Source: Botryllus schlosseri (lineage: Eukaryota). Taken from it: a DNA stretch of 64,000 bases. Location of the stretch: assembly GCA_051294905.1 (NCBI GenBank), contig CM119376.1:21886001-21950000 (forward strand), read 5' to 3'. Positions 36,340-49,291 of the stretch are shown piece by piece (within the stretch, counting starts at the first letter, position 1; every line of letters begins with the position of its first letter). Made by a program: the position numbers and the translations under genes. Below the pieces are notes generated by a model, which was given only the letters and a program-made list of their open reading frames with translations, searched no databases and was not told where the DNA came from.

Positions 36340-36640
36340 AAACACGACACTGTGGACCCAGTTCTACCCTTACAAGTCAAGAAAAGGCTGGTAATGTGTG
36401 CTCAGTGCTCACACTTGACCAATGCGACTATATGTATAGTATCAACAGCGCAACAGGGCAATCGACATCATAATAATCCGACATATCTAATGTAGACAGC
36501 TAGTTAGACGGATCTCTATGAGTTGAAGGATGTTAATGCGTGATAAATCGCAGGGACCTGATGCATTCTGTGGACCCAGTTCTACCCTTACAAGTCAAGG
36601 AAAGGCTGGTAATGTATGCTCGCTTCTACTGAATAAGCGT
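36340..36640. repeat. Two tandem sub-units of the CCATAG-element arm
   Basis: CTGTGGACCCAGTTCTACCCTTACAAGTCAAG(A/G)AAAGGCTGG occurs twice and matches 26370-26410. Confidence 0.75.
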
Positions 36641-36828
36641 CTGTAGCCGTGGTTCCTTACCGTTTTGGCTTCATTCACCACATCAGATTTATTCCGAGTC
36701 TTCGTTCCCCACTACCCCAAACTCTTGAATACCCTTTAAAAATGCCCCTCCATAACATTTGGCCAGAAGTTTAGCATAGGGACTTGCTATTGGAAAACCA
36801 AACCAGTACGCAAGACAATCGCCTATAG

Positions 36829-38133
36829 CAGGGGTTCTCAACCCGCGGCCCGCAGACGATTATTTTGCGGCCCGTGACATCTTTCATTATAAACGCAGTT
36901 ACTTCTGACACGGTATTTGTACAAATTAATTTTATCTTAATACTTAGCACTTTTATCGCACCGTTTCTCTTTCATTTGATTACTCATTTTGAAAGCAGTG
37001 GTTCTCAAACTGGAGGATGCGCTGCCGTGGGGGCCTGAAAGCATCTGAGGGGGGGCGAAGATGCGGTCAACTGAACAAAAAAATTTGCGCTCTGAGCAAT
37101 TTATCTCCATTTCCTAGTTATTTCTCGGTGTATAGTCAGAATTTCATGTTTGAGAATTCTCTCATCAACAGTCATAACCTTCCTTGCCATCGAACTAGCC
37201 GTTTGTGTTGCTAGCATTCTGGTTGCATTTTGTTATATGACGATAAGGGGGCACTAAATTTTACCTATCAAAAACGGGGGCGTGTCTAAAATAGTTTGAG
37301 AACCCCTGCTTTAATGTGTTCTCGTTTCTTGATGTATGCTCGACTTCAGATTGGTATTGATTTGAATCGGTATTCGACTGGACTCTAGTTCAAGAGAATT
37401 CCGCAACGTAGTAGGCCTACATTTTCAAAGAGTGTTGGACTCAGTGCAAACGTTTGTTGAGATTGCCGATGACGATACAGACCAATCGTTCAAGATTGAT
37501 TGGAATATCGCTAAAACCAAGAAATCTGCAAAAAAGGTGTTATTTCAATAAAAGCTCAACATTCTGTACGAATATCTGCTGTTTTCGGAACTTAGTAGCA
37601 AGGACAAGATCACCCGACGAATTGCGAAGATGCAGTCGTCTGATTCAATCGTGACCAGACGAGACACATCAATGTCAGTCGGTATTTTTTCGCATGTTCT
37701 GAAACACATTGCCGCGTAGACTACTTAACCCAGCCTCAGACGAATCCACCGATATTGCATAACCGTAATTTTATACTTGCTCTCTCACGCATTGAAACAG
37801 AGAGTTCGGTTCTCCGGTGGAAGGGTTTGAAGTTGAATATACCGACTTGGTATCGAATGCAATGCACGCTCCGTGAAGTGATTTACTTGCGCCGCAAGAA
37901 GATAGGCCTACATAGTCTTACAACAAGCAGCAGCTGCAAACTTACGAACGCTGTTCATTAATGCTTCAGAATGCATAACAACGTACTACATGGCCGTATA
38001 CGACTGGTAAATGGGCTACATTAGCCTAAATTTCACATTACCCCACAAATACATGTAAATATTTTTCTGCGGCCCGCAGCTTCTTCTGCTGTTAAAATGC
38101 GGCCCGTTATACAAGGGAAGTTGAGAACCCCTG
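36829..38133. mobile_element. Non-autonomous hAT (Charlie/Buster-like ends), possible decayed transposase inside
   Basis: TIRs CAGGGGTTCTCAAC / GTTGAGAACCCCTG; perfect TSD GCCTATAG at 36821-36828 and 38134-38141; weak ITRRIAKM and DET...VFFR peptide remnants at 37600-37700. Confidence 0.88.
36996..37308. mobile_element. hAT MITE, nested
   Basis: TIRs CAGTGGTTCTCAAAC / GTTTGAGAACCCCTG; TSD only partly conserved (TTTGAAAG / CTTTAATG). Confidence 0.7.
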
Positions 38134-38398
38134 GCCTATAGCTTTAACATAAAACGTATTGTAGACACTGACCGGTAACTCTCAAAATTTAGCGAAAGCG
38201 TTATATCACGACATATTGGGCGTGATGCATGTGTTTGTAACGCCATCATTTGTTATCCAGAGCTCAACAATGAGTTTTTGAGAACAAATACTTTACGATA
38301 CATCCATTCCGGAGCAATTAACTGGTAACGGTAATCGCGCGTGTCTTCGTAAATGTGTAGACTGTCCTGTATATAATGTTTACCAACTGCGTCTATTC

Positions 38399-38804
38399 TA
38401 GGCTTACCATATTTTGAAAATGTAAAAAGAGGACACTTTTTCAGAAATTTCAGACATGCAAAACTGAAGAAGAATTCTCAAAAACCTGTAAATTGGTCAT
38501 CACTTCCGCTCAGAGCTCAAAATAACGTTTTTCTCTCTACATAGCCAGGTGGATGACTAAAAAAAAGGTCTTCTGTTCGCTAAGAGCTTAAATCACCACT
38601 TTTCCCTCCGAAATACCCGCCGGAGCTCCACTTCTGCGCTAATTTACGGCATATCACTCGCGATTTCCTCTAAATCTGACCTAAATTTTCAAAAAAGAGG
38701 TCAAAATCTCAAAAAAGAGGACAAAAGGGCGTCCTCCGAGGACACTTTCAAAAAAGTCAAAAAAGAGGACAAATCCTCTTAAAAGAGGACGTATGGTAAG
38801 CCTA
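38399..38804. mobile_element. hAT MITE with AAAAGAGGAC repeats, second copy
   Basis: TIRs TAGGCTTACCATA / TATGGTAAGCCTA; perfect TSD GTCTATTC at 38391-38398 and 38805-38812. Confidence 0.93.
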
Positions 38805-39239
38805 GTCTATTCCCCACCGATCATTGAATGATTGGTCGCTCGCACAGTGTTCTGAGGGACGAGTTTCAGCTTTTTGACCGAGCTGGACGAGAGTATCTGG
38901 CTGATAGTATCTATGACTGACTTCCGATATTCTTAACTAGCTTGCTAATCCAGAGACAGTGTCTTTCCGGTACTTTGTATTGACGAACAGTGAGCACGGA
39001 TCAACTAACCCAACTTGTTAACAAGACTTTAAAAAATACTTGCAATACTGTCAAAATGAAAAGACATTACGTCAGTGCCCAAGCAAACGAGGAGCAACTC
39101 AAGACCCTACTGACTTTGACTACACGGACGTCGAAAGAAAGAGTGAAACGTGGTCGTGCTTTTTCTGCCGTCCGATGAGGCGAGTCGAGCATGACGATTG
39201 TGAAGAAAGAATAGTATTAAATAACCACCGTGACACACG

Positions 39240-39529
39240 GGTTACACCAGCGTTTCGCGACCGATCCGAACATCTGCAAGATACAGTGATTTTTATCGAC
39301 ACCGATTATACTTGATGACTTGAAATTGACTCGTGAATTTTGCTCCGAGTCACGAGTCAATCCACATTTCTGATACGCCGAGTCAAGTCGAGTCAAGTCA
39401 TTTTAGCAAAGTGATTCGAGTCAAGTCAAGTCATACGAAAATGGTGACTCGAGTCTGACTCGAGTCAAGTCATGACTCGAGTCAAGTCATGACTCGAGTC
39501 AAGTCATGACTCGAGTCATCCCAACACTG
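39240..39529. mobile_element. Right part of a GACTCGAGTC-array hAT element
   Basis: Co-linear with 9280-9514; ends TCCCAACACTG; left end not found. Confidence 0.8.
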
Positions 39530-40762
39530 GTGTACAGCATTGAAATTATGATGCGGCGTTTTAACACTGGCACTGTACTCGTTAACATTAAGCCATACAG
39601 CTCAATTCAATCTTTAAATGTGCGATTATTATTCAACTAACCGTAACAAGAGCAATATGGGCGGATATAACGACGTGATCAATAGAAAATGGATTTGTAC
39701 CAAATGGCCGATGGTTTGACGTTCGATATTGGTGCACTAGCTACCAGTCCATGTGGTGTCGATCAAGTTTATTGGAATATAATATTTTCCCGTTGAAACG
39801 AGTCGAATAATCGAATTAAACACTGTGCCATGCACATTGCGCCAGGGCAGTAACCAAGTCACATGTTTCCGAGTCACGAGTCAATCTTACTTTTGTGGTT
39901 TTGACTCGAGTCAAGTCGAGTCATTTTCAATTCATCACCGTGTCGAGTCCGAGTACAAGTGACCGTTTAAAGGGTCAAGTCCGAGTCATAGTGTTATGAC
40001 TCGAGTCCGAGTCCAAGTCATAGTATTGAAATAATGTTCAACTAATGTTTTCAATCCTGCTTGGGTGATATCGAATTCCTTGCTTGCCGATCATGCTTTT
40101 TTGTCCCTATCAGAGTATTGGAACATGTTTATTTAGGCAGATAACAGACAGTTCCTGGCCTTATTTACCGATGCTACAGATAGACGTGACAGGCCGCCAA
40201 TATGCTAACCTTACTAATCTTATAACATAAAATCAAATATCTGTACTGTCGCTCTTAAACATAACAAATACAAGCATTCAGTTTTTATTACGACCACATT
40301 GATGACGGCTCACAAATAGCTGATGGAGAACCATTCACGTCCACATACCAGCTGATAGAGAATCAACAGATGCACGTTTATGTAGAGGTATTTTCACCAG
40401 GGCAGCATGCTGTAAAAGTGTACATACATCTATGTGCAGTGACAAAAGAACAGATACCTTTTGATATTACTTAAGGTTTTCTCAATTGCATTACAGGCTA
40501 TATCGTAGTTACAGCATTGGAGAAATAATTGTACAATGGGGCTGTTACAAAATATTTTCTCAAATTTACCGGCTACTTCTTAAAATTGTTCGATTGCCTA
40601 AAAAAACTCAAATTTGGCACAATTTCAACCGGTAGAAAAACACATTCGCTCAGAGACGTCGTAGCGTGCGGACGCATCGTCGTTTCAGTTCATTCAAGCT
40701 TAGCAGATTGGGTAATCAAGACAAGCGTCCGACTAGCAATTGACGCTTCGGCGTGTAGCCAG

Positions 40763-42123
40763 ATGGATATGGAGACAAGTTCCTCTGCAAAGAGGAAGTC
40801 TTCAAGTACCTTCACTTCTTCTGAGGAAGAATGCGGGGATGGGGAGTGGTGCGAAGTAAGAAGCAAAATACCTGCCAAGAAATTTGCACTGATGGATAAT
40901 GCAGTTGGGAAGGAACGGGAATCTAATAGCCAAAAAACAGCAAATCAGCAACTTGACGTGCTACTATCGGGGTCTGATGGAACACGCATGGGACACCAAC
41001 ATCCTACAAAGGTATGTGAGGCACTTAAGATGAACATTGGCAATTTTGAAAAAATACGTAGATTGCCTTCTGGAGATCTAGTTGTAACTTGTAAGACCGG
41101 AGAACAGGTTGATAAACTTCTCACTATAGACCAAATAGGAAAGGACTCCAACTTGATCGAAGTCAAAACCTCATTATTTGGTGCCAAATCTTATGGAGCA
41201 CGAGCAGTGATATCCGGTGTTCCGCTGGATATAACAGAAGAAGAGATATTGAAAGAGTTCTTTGAAATTGGCGTCAATTTCGTTAAACGTTAAAGCGCAA
41301 AGTAGATGGAAAATATGAGAGCAGCCTATCGATTTTGTTATGTTTCGCGTCTGAGATAATTCCTGACTACGTGCATTTTTCATACCTACGGTTCCGTACA
41401 AAACCTTATAACCCGCCACCGGTCAGATGTTTTGGATGCAATAGATATGGCCACACAAAAGAGAATTGTCGTGGGAAATATTGCTGTTCAAAATGTGGGG
41501 GTCGTGATCACGAGGTGGAGAAGTGTACCAAAGATTTATGTTGCATTAATTGTAAACAACCGCACAGTGCTGCTTATGCCGGGTGCCCAGTATACAAAGA
41601 ACAGGCAAAATTACAAATCATAAAAGAACGTTCCAAGGTGACTCACTACGAAGCTAAATCAATACTAAATTCCGAAACACCCGAAACACAAGATACGCGT
41701 CTTTACAGCGAAGTGGCGCAGGATAGCGCAACGCGTGTCAACAATCAGCAACGATCAACAATCAACAACCCAAGTCACCGAGCCACCATCAGGAAGATTC
41801 CGCGACAAACAACCTCTAATCACATGAACAAAGACAATAAAAGCAACGATCCAAACAATCATCTTGATTTGCAACCAAATAATCAATCTTCGTTAGCGTA
41901 TATTGATCCGATCCATCTTATCGCTTTACTGGCTGAAATAGTGAAGCTTACATTGGCGGCCTGCAACTCGGACAAGGAGTGCGACGTATACAATATAGTA
42001 TCCAAAGTTTCTTTGAAATATCTCGGTCGACAGGCAGATGTTGTCACGATGAGAAACATTTTCGAGCCCTTCCATGATATCAATGACACCAATCCGATGA
42101 CAAATCCCATAACCGATGGATAA
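40763..42123 (+). pseudogene. LINE B ORF1 with three zinc knuckles, one frameshift near 41290
   Basis: CFGCNRYGHTKENC, CSKCGGRDHEVEKC and CINCKQPHSAAYAGC. Confidence 0.88.
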
Positions 42124-42278
42124 TATAGGACTAAACTTTTTACAGTGGAATTGTAGAGGATTATATAGGAAACATCACGAATTAAAACACTTTCTCACGA
42201 CTCTGGAACGTGCTCCAGATGCGATAATTCTCCAGGAAACACACCTTATCGAAAAATACTCTCCGAAATTTCCAGGAT

Positions 42279-42735
42279 ATCATCATCATCATCATCATCA
42301 TCATTGGTTTATTAGCAATTTTATCAGTTCAATACACCACAAAAAATGCGATACAATGAAAAGACAGGAAGATGTCGAAGCGACAAGGAGTAGTCTATGG
42401 AATCTGACACCCACCTTGGCCTAGGCGATGTAAAGAGGAGGCATTGCACACTGAATGAGAGTAAAGAAGATAGTATAGAAAAAGAAAGCGACAATAAAAG
42501 GGCGGCATGTCATGGGAAGCGAGATCGATAGGTCAGTCGTGGTCCGGTAATCTTGAGGATGGACTGTATTTATTTAGTAGTAATTGCTTGTATTTCGACT
42601 TGAATGTGGACATGCTCGTCGACTGTCGGATGGCCGGCGGGATACTGTTCCACACATCAGGTCCGGCATATTTGATAGAGCGATGATCTTTTCGGTCGAT
42701 CATATGATATTTGGACGACGTGGACGCGCGTGTGT
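42279..42735 (-). mobile_element. CR1/L2-group LINE 3' fragment with (ATG)n tail, inserted in LINE B
   Basis: Near-identical to 24385-24830; interrupts FPGY / HRKD. Confidence 0.9.
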
Positions 42736-42944
42736 CACAGAAAGGACAAATCCTTTCATTCTGGTGGATTGGCGATCTTCATTAAATCTTCGCATAACTC
42801 CAGCATCGAAGCAGTTGCTACAACCGACATCGAGGTACTTTGTGTGAAGCTTCACGGCCTATCATTGTACAATGTGTACATCCCACCCGACTGCCGCTTA
42901 CGCGACAGTGATGCGAACATTTTCGAGACGTTACCACCAAAATC

Positions 42945-43942
42945 TAGGGATGGTGTGAACCTCTGAAAGGTTCAGGCTCGTGTGAACGCGAACCTTTTTG
43001 AAAGGTTCTGTGTGAACACGAACGTGAACCTCGTGACGTCACGTGACGCCATATTGCTAATTCCAACCCTATCTTCCAATGCAGTGATAGCCTATATTAA
43101 TGTACACGATACCTAGCGAAGACTCGGTCCACATGATGCCACAATGCGGAAGTACATATCGGCGTTTTAAACATCGCTAAATGTATCAACAGCGGTAATC
43201 ATAGGATATAATTATTGCGTAAAATCAATACATTTCGTCGCTTTGCCAACAACTTCGACGAGGACTTACCAAGGAATATAAGCTTACGCCTTATCGGTCT
43301 TAGCCAGACCGGGCAATGTGTTCGGAGTCTGCGTATTGCTACATTGATATTGAGCAGAGTGCACAACGGGTTTTTATACTCGCTACCGATACCACAAATA
43401 ACAACAAGTTATGCAGCAGTAGCAAGCACCTTAATCGCACGGATTTGGTATTAATGATACAGTAAAGATATGAAGTCAAGATTGACCCCGTACGCCTGTT
43501 CGATTTTTTACATCAGAAGACGATATTAATGTCATTGATTGGTTGAATAAGCATCATTCGCTAACTACGTATATCGCTCGTGATGTTGTGTGATTGCGGG
43601 TCAAGCTCACAGCAGACAGTCACTAAATATTCACAAACGGAAAGCTTGTTATTCCGAGAAAATTTTTGCAACAAAGCAACTAAAACTTTTAGGGTTGTCG
43701 AGGTGCATGGTGCATGCTCGTTAAGCGTTGATTTTTTATGCTGCCAGCACCATGCATGGAGTGGACCGCAGTTGAAATGCAATAAATTTGAGCCAAAGAT
43801 CTTATAATGGAGTGAAAATTACAATTTACCAAAAGGTTCACAGTGCAGAACCTACCAAGGTTCTGTTGTGAACGCGAACCTCTAAATTTCCGAGGTTCAC
43901 ACACAGAACGCGAACGTGAACCTCACGTTCACACCATCCCTA
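42945..43942. mobile_element. hAT non-autonomous element inserted in LINE B
   Basis: 16-bp TIRs TAGGGATGGTGTGAAC / GTTCACACCATCCCTA; perfect TSD CCAAAATC at 42937-42944 and 43943-43950. Confidence 0.95.
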
Positions 43943-45327
43943 CCAAAATCCATCGTCTTTGGCGACTTCAATGCGCATCATTGGTCGTGGAGTCACCAAA
44001 CGAACGAACGAGGGACTAAACTTTTTAATGTCCTCGATCACGCAAACTTAGTCATGTTAAACTCTTCAACTCCAACACATATCAATCTCGCGAGCAATGC
44101 TGTTAATCGTTGGTCATTGCTAGATTTAACACTCACTACTCAAGATATAGCCGCGAGATGCCAAACTGAAATATCTTCGTCGCTGCTAGGAAGTGATCAT
44201 TTCGTAGTATTCACGAAGTATATGACAAACTCGGCGATAACTTCCTTTTATCGACCACCATCGTGGTCTCTCAAGAAAGCCAATTGGAAGAAGTTCTCCC
44301 GAATTGCAGATGAAATGATCGATTTGTCCGATCAACGAGATGTTGAGTCTGCAAATACTATTCTAACAAAATGCATAACGACAGCAGCGAATCGATCAAT
44401 ACCAAAGACAAGGAATATGGACAAGAAATCTGTCCCTTGGTGGAGTCCCGAATGTGAGAGAATGATTCGTAGGAAAAGAGCAGCATATTTAAGAATGAAG
44501 CGCACCTTTGATATAACAGACGTTATAAACTTCAAAAAGGCCAGGTCCGCATGCAGAAGAACTATACTCGAAGCAAAACGCTTTTGCTGGGAGTCTTTCT
44601 GTTCCTCGCTGAATAATAAATCACGTTTAAATCACGTATGGCGGGTTATTCGTAGCATCGCTGGTACGACAGCGCATCAGCAAATTCCTCATATCCCAGT
44701 AAATGAAGTTGATCACATCGAAGACACGTCAAAAGCAGAAATAATAGGCGAGCACTTCGCTACCATAAGCAGATCCGATAACTACGCTTCGAATTTCCTC
44801 CTTTCCAAGAGTCAAGGTGACCAACATGTTACATCGTGTCTACCTTTCAATGTGAATCTGGAAGATCCAATGAATGCGCCGTTTCAGATGTCGGAACTTA
44901 GGGAGGCACTACAGAGTCGGAAAATCTCTTCTCCTGGACGGGATTCGATAAATTATCAAATGCTGCAAAATCTTTCGACGTCCGCCCAGACCGAGCTTCT
45001 TAAGCTATATAACATTTCATGGAGAGATGGAAAATTAGGAACTCCTGCACCAGACGCCGTCCTTTACTCGTACATGTGATTCACTATCTATTTAGTGTTT
45101 CACATGTATTTTTTATCTAAACTCAAGTGTTTCCCCATGAACATCGATATTACGTATACATTTTAGGGCTTATAATACATGAATTCCATATAGAATCAAA
45201 TGCAACAAGCAACCAATCTTCGCGGTACTACTTTTAAACATCTAAAGCAGATTCAAACAAGAAAAAAAAATATTTAATATTTTTCAATTTTATTTTTAAA
45301 TTTAACTACTTTTTGCCCATGACTTTA

Positions 45328-48300
45328 TGCGCAGTTCGGTCGTGTTCGTTTCACGATCCCGTGCGCGAGTCGTATATGTGAGTTAGGGATAGGGCCTTCA
45401 CACAAAACCACGTCCGAATTAAACGATTGCAATAGAGTTAATCCCAGTTTTCGGAGATCGCATGAGTCCATTTCTAAAGCTGCTCCCCGAATATATTTAT
45501 AGCTTGGCTCTTGTATGCTGAGGTGTACATACCTCCTACCCATACGCCTGAGTTCGCTATTCATGATTTGTATGGCTCTGGTACGTGTAGTCATATGATA
45601 CAATTTGTCGTCATTCAAGTTCTGTTCATAATGAGGGGGTTTCCCGACTGCATGGCCAATGGCCATGTATGGCAGCCAACCCCTCATCCAAGACTACCGC
45701 TCTGATACAGCCCCGCATGGCCTCTTTTAGGGTTGTAGTCGGAATATCCTGGCTCAACTCGTCCTTTAGGAGTTGTTGCACGTATTCCGGAGGCCTATAC
45801 GAAGATTGGCAAGTTCAACTGCTCGGTTGCATAGCCGTTCCAATTCTGTCTTCACTTTCTTATCAGTTCCATCATACAGTTCATACGTTTTTATCGGGCC
45901 GCGACCATGTCTATAGAGGCCGTGGCGCGGTTTTGATGTCGGTGGAGAGAGGGCGAGGGTGTCTGTATTCAGTGGGGCTTCCACACTCGATTTTTTCTGC
46001 CTCTGAAGGGGCTGCGTGCCCGCATCCAACTTCACGCCGGCGGTTTCAACGCCCGACGGGGGCCCTTTTTCTGGAGAGGCTTGCATATCGCCTCCAGACT
46101 CTTCTTCATCCACAAAATTTGTAGTGTGGATGTCGACAGCTGCTTTCAATGCAATCTTCTCGGTATACGGCACAACTGCTGCGACCATGGGGCCGTCGTG
46201 AACGATTCCCACTCTTCTATTGTGGCGAATGCAGTGGCCGTTGTTTTCAGGAATCTCTTGAACATGATGTTCCTGAGAGGTGCTAGCGGGGCTTCCGCGC
46301 TCAGCACGCAAGGATTTCGGGGTCACAGCGCTCACCCGACTTAATTTTGTATCTGTGGTTCCTCCACACTTGGCGCAAAATCCTTCCGAGAGACAGGGAC
46401 ATCTTTGGTCCCGAGGGGCGTCAGCTGGGCTTCCAGTCTCGACGCTGTGTAACGTTGCAGCTTCCACCGACCCATCACCAGTAGCAGCGTTGCAAGTACT
46501 GCTTCCAGCTATGGTTTTTGCCGCGTCCGAATACATGGACAATGATAGTTCATATTTCACTGTAGTGGGATCCTTCAATTCTGTCGCTACTGAGGGTAGC
46601 CGTTGAACTTGCTCAATCCATTTCAGTCCGATAATGTTTAACGGGACTCCTTCAGCAGTTGCAAACGGAACCGGTAGGTTGTCCAGCTTGATGATGACGA
46701 CAAAGTCGACACTGGATGATCCTCCTATATGCCGCGTAATTTCATATCGAGTGGCTGTCTTTCAGTCCAGCTTTCTGGGTAGGTAGCTTTCACAGCATCT
46801 TGGGTTATCAGGTTAGGAACACTTCCTGTATCCGCAAGAAATTGTGCACCTGTTTTTGTGTCTGGGTGCTCGAAATCTGGCTTGCCTCTTGACTGCTAGA
46901 CGGCGTCAACTGCGAATGGTCCACTCCGACGCCCGAGTCTTGAGTCTGCGGAAGGCCGCGTCCCCTCTAGTCTGAAGCTGGAATTCCCGGAGTCGTTCGT
47001 ACGTTTTGAGAGTTTCGCGACTGCTGGCCGTTGTTTCTGCTCGCGTCGGGCTGTCTTCCCGACCTTCCTGGGACCCTCGATCCCGTCTGCCCCCCGGGTG
47101 CAGCACTCCTTCGATAGGGGTTTCCACCAGCCATCACGGCATTAGGAAAACGGTTTGTTTTGGCTGTACGATCAGGATTTCGTCGCGGCGGTGGATTACG
47201 ATTTGGTACCGGGTATTGCTGACGTCCGGTTGCTTGCGCAGATTGGGGAGGCCTGCCGGCCGGCAGGCAAGCAGCCCCGGTGGTTGCACATTATAGATAT
47301 GCACTGGTGGTAGGGGTGACATAGTGTCAGCATTTTTTCCTTTACCCTCTTCTTGATCATCCTTTTAGACTGCTTCTACTTTTACTATGCACATTTTAGC
47401 TACTCAGAAGTAGACAGAAGATTTGGAATCGGGTTGTTTTAGTTTTAAATATGAAACTGTCATAGCAGGAACTTGCTGAAATACCCACATTAAGATAGGA
47501 GCCAAATACATTTTTGAATGGTGCTGTTTTGGTAATGTCATTTATAACATGACATTTATAACATTTTGCAAAGTTACGAATATTCATTTTGCAATTTCCA
47601 AAGCAACCCCTTGTAATTTACTGCTACAAGCGGAACCTCCATTGAAATATACTTTTTATTTAATTATTTATTCTATACTGGAAGTAGATACTTCTACTTC
47701 TACTAGAGTACCAATGCTCATGCTGATAACATTGACCGCATCTAGTGTCGGGCCATCCGAGGTATCAGGGAATGTACATAAAATAGAGAGGATTTATTTA
47801 AAATTTAAATGTGTTCTAAATCGGCCAGGAAATTATACTTCGTACTCTTGACTGCCGGATGGGGTTATTTTCATTGCGTTATAGCTTGAGTCTCTCCTCT
47901 CGAACACGTTCGGCTGGTCAGTGGCGTTTCGGGCGAGCTTTTTTTCTGTTCCATGATATCTTCTTTGCTGCGATGTGTTGCTTTGGACTACTGGATTCCG
48001 CGTCCAGTCCTGACGCTGCCTCCAACGTATGCTTTGTGTTTTTGTACTTGAGATGCTCAGTGCTCACGCTCACACTGCCGAAAATCGGAAATTCGGCTAA
48101 TCGTCCACGTATAAGGTCCTGGTACGAGATGTCGGATGTGATACCGTCTGCTTCTGCCGTGAACTTCTCAATTTGGCGTTATGAATCCATAGGTGAGACG
48201 AGGAAACGTTAGGGGTTGTGTACCGATTGGCAATTGCAGATAGGAGGGTGCTGATCGACAATTATTCGTCTCCAGACTCTCCCCCGTCCTCTGGAACTAC

Positions 48301-48500
48301 CGGGAAATGACATTCAACGCCGGAAGAAACGGTTGGGACCTCCAGTTTTTTATAGTGTAGCCCCAAAACGATTGCTTTGCGGGTAGTCTACACTCGGTTC
48401 AATTTACTTCACAGTGTTGAACGTCATCCCAGTTCGTTACGCTTTCTTCAACCCCTTTACGCGCCTTGTTGGTGATTGGTGGCGCGGATTGAAGTATTGG
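45328..48500 (-). pseudogene. Decayed gag-like region, retropepsin-type aspartic protease and an unrecognised C-terminal region
   Basis: FLADTGSVPNLIT (DTG at 46832-46824) and LNIIGLKWI (about 46640-46615); upstream low-complexity R/P/G/Q-rich stretch and weak gag-like PEDGESLET; no RT motifs follow. The gag assignment is much weaker than the protease. Confidence 0.6.
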
Positions 48501-49267
48501 CTGCAGCTTGATCGAAGTAAGCAATGACCTTTCCAGGCCCAGAGGCTCATAATAATCAATATATGATTAAAATAAATCTTAATACAACCAAATACTCCAA
48601 TCAGGTCGTGCAGATAACAATAGGGCTTCTCTATGCACATTACACATACTGATAAAAACCAGAAGTTAACCTATTTATCATCATGCACGATCTAAAATCA
48701 AAATAATTCTCCAAGGTTTGTTTTCACAATAGATGTGATGGCCTTTCCTGCCAGATACATAATATGCAAGTGATATGCCAGTAGATGCCCACAAAAGTAT
48801 CAACACTCAGAGTCCAAGCCAACCAATTGGCAGATCACCAGTTCATTCATAAAAGTATCACAGTCTTTGCAGATTGCAGGTGTGTATATGTATATACCCA
48901 TTTTCAGTTGAGGCATTGATTTCTTGTTGAGTCGTTTCTTCAAATTCTTTCGTGTCATATTCGGGGACAGGGAATTCCATCAGGATACGGGGGTTCGTGC
49001 GGGGCTCTGTAGTAGCGAGATTTCAAATTCCATATATCTCGAATACTGTTCTGGTTCGGTCCATCAGTTCATCGACTTCATGGACCTGTACCGACGCATT
49101 TATTCGCACTGCTTCATTTCTGTGTACCTTACAACTGTGGCTAGCAGGCGATCCTATCAATGTATGCTTGAGAGCCTTTACGGGGACATCCGAACATCAC
49201 CCTATGAGCCCAAATGACGTCAGACTCTTTCAATGCCGTCGTCAATGTTTTGTGGATGTTCTGCTTC

Positions 49268-49291
49268 GGTGGTGGTGGTGGTGGTGGTGGT
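49268..49291. repeat. (GGT)n microsatellite
   Basis: Directly visible run of about eight units. Confidence 0.9.

Larger units (their letters stand above)
42116..45037 (+). pseudogene. LINE B ORF2, 5' part (AP endonuclease and linker), interrupted
   Basis: QWNCRG, LQETH, (insert) HRKDKSFHSGGLAIF, TLPPKS (insert) IVFGDFNAHH, SDH, ending LYNISWRDGKL. Confidence 0.9.

Noticed and set aside
40529-40762. N-terminal extension of LINE B ORF1
   Set aside because: Begins outside the element boundary set by the TSD; the ATG at 40763 is the more plausible start.
42116-42424. Protein with a nine-histidine tract
   Set aside because: The His run is the reverse-oriented (ATG)n tail of an inserted LINE fragment read in the ORF2 frame.
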